DNA of 64,000 nucleotides from Spirulina sp. (GTDB lineage Bacteria; Cyanobacteriota; Cyanobacteriia; Phormidesmidales; Phormidesmidaceae): NCBI GenBank assembly GCA_044070495.1, contig JBIPSI010000007.1, positions 32,001 to 96,000 of the forward strand, read 5' to 3'. Shown piece by piece: positions 61,701 to 64,000 of this stretch (position 1 is its first letter; each line of letters starts with the position of its first letter). The notes under the pieces were generated by a model. It saw only the letters and a program-made list of their open reading frames with translations, ran no database searches and was not told where the DNA came from. The position numbers and the translations under genes were made by a program.

Positions 61701-64000
61701 TAGGTGGGGGCCGCTTCGTCGCCATTGTGGACAAACTGCACCCGGCTATTGTCGATGTCGTCTTGGGTGAAGCTGGTAATCGCCGTGCCGGGATTGGCCA
61801 CCAGTTCAAACCGCCCACCGCTGAGGCCGCTGACGGTGTAAGTGAGGCCCGTGGCGGGGGTCTCTTCGTCGCTGGTGGCAATGTTGCTGCCCGATAGCAC
61901 CAGGGTCTGCCCTTCGTCGATGGTGAGGGTATTGGTGCCAAAGATAGGGATGTCGTTCACGGTGGTGAAACTCACCGTGGCGGGGCCGCTGGCGGTGAGG
62001 GGTTCCGCATCCCGCACCGTGAGGGTGTAGGCGGGGGCCACCTCGTTGCCGGAATGCACAAACCGCACGTTGCCGTTGAGGATGTCTTGGCGGCTGAAGG
62101 TGGTGGTGGGGCTAAAGGGCGTGGTGCTGCTGGCCCGCCGTTCAAAGGTGCCCGCCGCCGGATTGAGGCCGCTAATGTCAAAGATCAGGGTGTTGTCGTC
62201 GTTGTCGGGGTCGGTGGCGTCGATATTTTGCAGGGTGATGGTCACGACGTCGCCCTCGGTGAGGGTGAGGCTGTTGGCCAAAATCCGAGGCGGGTCGTTG
62301 ACGTTAATAAAGGTAACCACGGCAGAACTGGGGGTAGAGAGCAATCCGTCGCTGACGGTGTATTCCAACACAGGCACAATGTCTTCGCCACCATGGACAA
62401 AGGTGACCCGACCACCGTCAATGTCGGCCTGGGTAAAGGTAGTTTGGGTGGTACCACTCACCTGAATCACGCCGCCTTCGATGCGGGTAATGGTGTATTG
62501 CAACTCACCCTCACGATTCGTCAGCGCCAGTTCTTCATCGGTGGCGCTGAGGCTCGCACTGGTGATCAACGTCGGTTGGCCCTCGGTTACCGTAAAGCTG
62601 CGGTTGCCGATCACCGGGGCATCGTTGACCGGAATAAAGGTGATGTTGGCCGGAGTGGTGACTACGCCGCCAGTGCTGCCATCCCGCACCGTAATGCTGA
62701 AGGCAGGGCGCGTTTCGTTACCGTCATCAATAAAGGTGACGCGCCCCTCAATCACATCCAGCAGGTTAAAGAAGTTGTCGGATCCGCCCGCCACGGCAAA
62801 CCGTTCCCCCGTTGCTAGGCCAGTAATCTCAAAGGCGAGGTTGGGGTCAAAGGTTTCAATGTCGGTGGCATTGAGGTTGGCCTGGGTAATCAGCAGCGGC
62901 TGCCCCTCGGTGATGGTGAACTGGTTGGCCGTAATCACCGGCAGGTCGTTCACCGCATCCAGGAATAGGTTGACCACCACGGTATCTACGCCGCCGTCGC
63001 CATCGCTCAGTTCTAGGGTAAAGAAATCGGCCCCAGAGACATTCGGGTTGGGCGTGTAGCGAAATTCCTGGGGTTGTCCGGCCACGGCGGGCAGAATCGT
63101 TACCGTGCCCTGGTTGGGAGCTGCCGAAACGCGCCACTGCAAGGTATCGGTCACCCCCGGATCCTGTGCTCCTAGGGAGAAGAGAATCGGGGTATCTTCC
63201 TGGCCCAGGGGCAGGGTAATGCTGGGGGGCACCGCCGTCCCACCCGCATCGGTAATGGTGGGGGCCACGTTGTTGACGGTGATCGCCTGGGTGCGGCTGG
63301 TCATGGCCCCAGCGGCGTCCTCCACCATGACGGTGACGGTGTAGTTGCCCTCATCGGCGTAGGTGTGGCTGCGGGCGGGCAGGGTGTAGGTGGTGCCCGC
63401 TAGGGTCAGATCCGTGGCGGCTAGGGTGGTCACGGGAGTGCCATCACCCCAGTCAATGGTGACCGTGTGGCTGTCGCCGCTGTCTACGTCCGTAAAGCTG
63501 CCCGTCAGGCTAATGCTGCTGCCTTCATTGATCGTGGTGAAGTCCGGGGTAATCGCTAAGCTCGTCGGATCGTCGTTGACGGGCTCCACATCCACCAGCA
63601 CGTTGATGATGCTGACCCCGCCGTTGCCGTCGCTGACCTGAACATCAAAGCTGGTGTTTTGGTCAAAGTTAGCCGCTGGGGTAAAGACTAGGGTTTGGCT
63701 ACCGGAACCGTTGGGGTTGGTGACAAAGGTGACGGTGCCGTTGGGGGGCTGGGCCACCACCGACCACTGGAAGGTCGTATCTGCCGGATCGGTGGCGTCC
63801 AGATCGAAGGTGAGGGGGGTGTCTTCGTCGGTGCTGAGCGCCAGGAATGCCCCCTGCACAATGCTAGGAGCCACATTGGCCACCGGTAAAGATAGGGTAT
63901 CGCTGACGGTCAAATTGGCGGAATCCCGCACAATGGCGCTAATGGAGAACGCCCCAGCGCCGCTATCGGCTAGGTAGGTGTGGCTGGTGGTAAAGCGATA
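55757..64000 (-). CDS. Giant repetitive surface adhesin (>2720 aa, 5' end outside the window): PKD domains, many cadherin-like/CSPG repeats, C-terminal FG-GAP repeats
   Basis: Recurrent 'F..VNDxP', 'FTQ.....G.V.FVH.G.E..P.YTL'; 'TIDWGDG'; 'DFNNDG..DVLWRN'; frame appears open to the window edge. Confidence 0.92.
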   Translation of the reverse strand, partial: YRFTTSHTYLADSGAGAFSISAIVRDSANLTVSDTLSLPVANVAPSIVQGAFLALSTDEDTPLTFDLDATDPADTTFQWSVVAQPPNGTVTFVTNPNGSGSQTLVFTPAANFDQNTSFDVQVSDGNGGVSIINVLVDVEPVNDDPTSLAITPDFTTINEGSSISLTGSFTDVDSGDSHTVTIDWGDGTPVTTLAATDLTLAGTTYTLPARSHTYADEGNYTVTVMVEDAAGAMTSRTQAITVNNVAPTITDAGGTAVPPSITLPLGQEDTPILFSLGAQDPGVTDTLQWRVSAAPNQGTVTILPAVAGQPQEFRYTPNPNVSGADFFTLELSDGDGGVDTVVVNLFLDAVNDLPVITANQFTITEGQPLLITQANLNATDIETFDPNLAFEITGLATGERFAVAGGSDNFFNLLDVIEGRVTFIDDGNETRPAFSITVRDGSTGGVVTTPANITFIPVNDAPVIGNRSFTVTEGQPTLITSASLSATDEELALTNREGELQYTITRIEGGVIQVSGTTQTTFTQADIDGGRVTFVHGGEDIVPVLEYTVSDGLLSTPSSAVVTFINVNDPPRILANSLTLTEGDVVTITLQNIDATDPDNDDNTLIFDISGLNPAAGTFERRASSTTPFSPTTTFSRQDILNGNVRFVHSGNEVAPAYTLTVRDAEPLTASGPATVSFTTVNDIPIFGTNTLTIDEGQTLVLSGSNIATSDEETPATGLTYTVSGLSGGRFELVANPGTAITSFTQDDIDNSRVQFVHNGDEAAPTYTLTVSDGVNEVESEANIVFTNLNDAPNLINNRLTITEGQTRLITTTDINASDVEDNDNTLTFVVGQIAASVFVENDTFAGGEFQLKDGSGVFVKTSRFTREDIINQRVRFVHNGTETRPTYAIQVLDSDGGNTFRNAEVTFTSVNDLPVVQRNRLIIEEEGAFLFNADPLNPDLVTTDEETLDKTQIVYTVTAVTAGQFEDVSNAGVAITSFTQQQLDDQTIRFVHNGTEETPSYTLSVSDSTGGVVTSNGNVTFTNVNDAPTFTANSFDLTEGGTLVLSTANINATDVESLDTNLRFDITAVTGGRFERVSAPGTAILSFTLGDIILGDIQFTQPPADEETPPTYTITVTDDDPTTPRTTTQVGTVNFTPINDAPTIVANTLTIAEGGTVIFGDGVTGGTTGGVLRASDPETPAGELRFEVSSVVGGQFELTSTPGTAVFSFTQAQVTANQVRFVQNGTSVVPNYTVTVKDPQDLTGTGTPTVTFTDVNDPPAITRNTLTITEGQTVVLGSANLQYSDEESSPAQVTYTVTGVTAGQFERVATPGTAITSFTQAEVNAGAIQFVHNGTETPPTYTLTLTDGGSVSGAPLTTAPSNATIDFSRVNDRPTIGTNTLTIAEEGSVVLNALGTNLTASDEETAVLDLVYVVDAVTNGRFELTTAPGTAITTFTQVQLNSGEVRFVHDPASGETPPTYTLRAQDSEGALSDPSDATITFNRVNDNPVFSVNALTITEGTTVTLTTANLLSSDEEDGVADLTYSIVGTVTGGKFVLASDPTQTAITSFTQAQVEAAAIQFVHDGTETAPAYTLRVTDSETGFAERSATITFEPVNDDPVFSVNTLTLNEGQTVVLGIANLLTEDEESGDADLTYQVQSVTNGRFERVATPGTAITSFSQDDVANGRVQFVHSGSEQAPTYTLVVTDGDGATVTRASTINFTNLNDPPTFQASNLTVTEGATVTLDLSNINATDPDHPDDQIVYSVTNVVGGSFFFNGAALTPATTFNAVDLSLGRLTFVDDGNNAPPTFDLVATDPDGDATTVAATVTFTALNDAPVLAVNQFTITEGQPLVLSDANLRATDEETTDPTRLIYRVRNVTGGGFFTIPDGDEVFTFTQAQINAGNEIVFRHDGSETTPAFTLEVTDPNGGTSGQVPAVITYNRVNDAPVFSRNVLTIAEGQTVVLSTSDITVSDIDTPLSLLTFTVDTVQNGFFTVDGTVLAAGDTFTRTQLVLGQVSFTASDDGLTPAYTLTVNDNDPLGSRPATRVATVNFTPVNDLPQITVNNFPITEGRNLELSTANLDATDEETTNRSQLVYTVSGLQGGVFFNVGTGSNVTSFSQLDVDNRLIFFRHNGSETPAAFTLSLADGSGGTTVAPGNVIFTPTNDPPVLSINAFPVTEGGTLKLSATNLSVVDPDNTPAQLRYTVGGLAGGQFSRDTNLDGVPDAPGITTFSQQDVLDGLIFFVHDGNEAAPSFTLTLTDGTVTLPAVPANVTFTRVNDAPESVVLTLSTTTINEGSAVILNGTFVDVDSTVHTVTVNWGNGTTTTIPTSQIVNNGGGNFSLPAVNRTYADDGVFVITVTVNDGQATAQGTTTVTVNDVPPTIALSGSGPVKANSPYTLTIGTPVDPGDDQYVAFQVDWGDGTTSTATQPGDVTKVYKAFGTYTITVTAIDNQGQSFSGGTETATILYPITDFTGNGLPDVFWRFEPGVDNVIWTLDASGNLTNGLPVRPLDSAFSIQSVADFNNDGRNDVFWRNSASGDMGIWLMDGATVQGGILLPVVDPTWSIVGFTDFNNDGSQDVLWRNVTGANVIWTLQAGELVDGVVLPSLDPSFEMAALTDINQNGFDDIVWRNPTTGQNLVWLMNGTTFSSDTNLTAVDPAYDLVATADFTGDGIEDFVWQHQFAPAVVVWEMGPNGTIANGVLLPALDPAYELRGATDLNGDNQTDLLWRNPTTGDTFAWAMNGTTVASTIDYPDPPAGWQVYV

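Noticed and set aside
55825..63977. Many 60-360 aa ORFs overlapping the adhesin
   Set aside because: Antisense or alternative-frame shadows caused by codon bias and repeats.

Overview
This is a chromosomal window from a filamentous cyanobacterium, judged from the split DnaE intein, short-form HisG and STRR heptamer repeats; GC is moderately high. (1) 0.3-7.5 kb: a lower-GC five-gene cluster. It holds an NTT/MFS-like transporter, two paralogous membrane sensors with a HAMP domain but no recognisable output domain, an ATP-grasp ligase and a lysine 2,3-aminomutase, and is the best candidate for an undescribed metabolite synthesis/sensing system. (2) 8.4-26.9 kb: the tail half of a contractile injection system (eCIS/tCIS-like). 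It encodes a sheath, four gp19-like tubes, two tail chaperones plus an unannotated 47-aa DUF6760-like ORF in the -1 frame, a 2391-aa [IVL]Q[RK]-repeat protein, a tube initiator, two Pvc16/DUF4255 proteins and an embedded two-component system; no spike, baseplate or ATPase genes are in the window. (3) 26.9-30 kb: a duplicated, domain-shuffled membrane-protein pair around toxin-antitoxin debris. (4) Housekeeping and other genes: pntAB, hisG, rimK with its protease, a caspase-STAND NTPase, dnaE-c, glyS, a second two-component system, a lipase, a TA-remnant island, a Rieske oxygenase, an orphan ABC ATPase, and a giant cadherin-like/PKD/FG-GAP adhesin running off the window end. A MITE family with shared terminal repeats and 9-bp target duplications is scattered through the window; one copy sits in the last codon of dnaE-c and supplies its stop codon. 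All family assignments are from motif recognition by eye; no searches were run.
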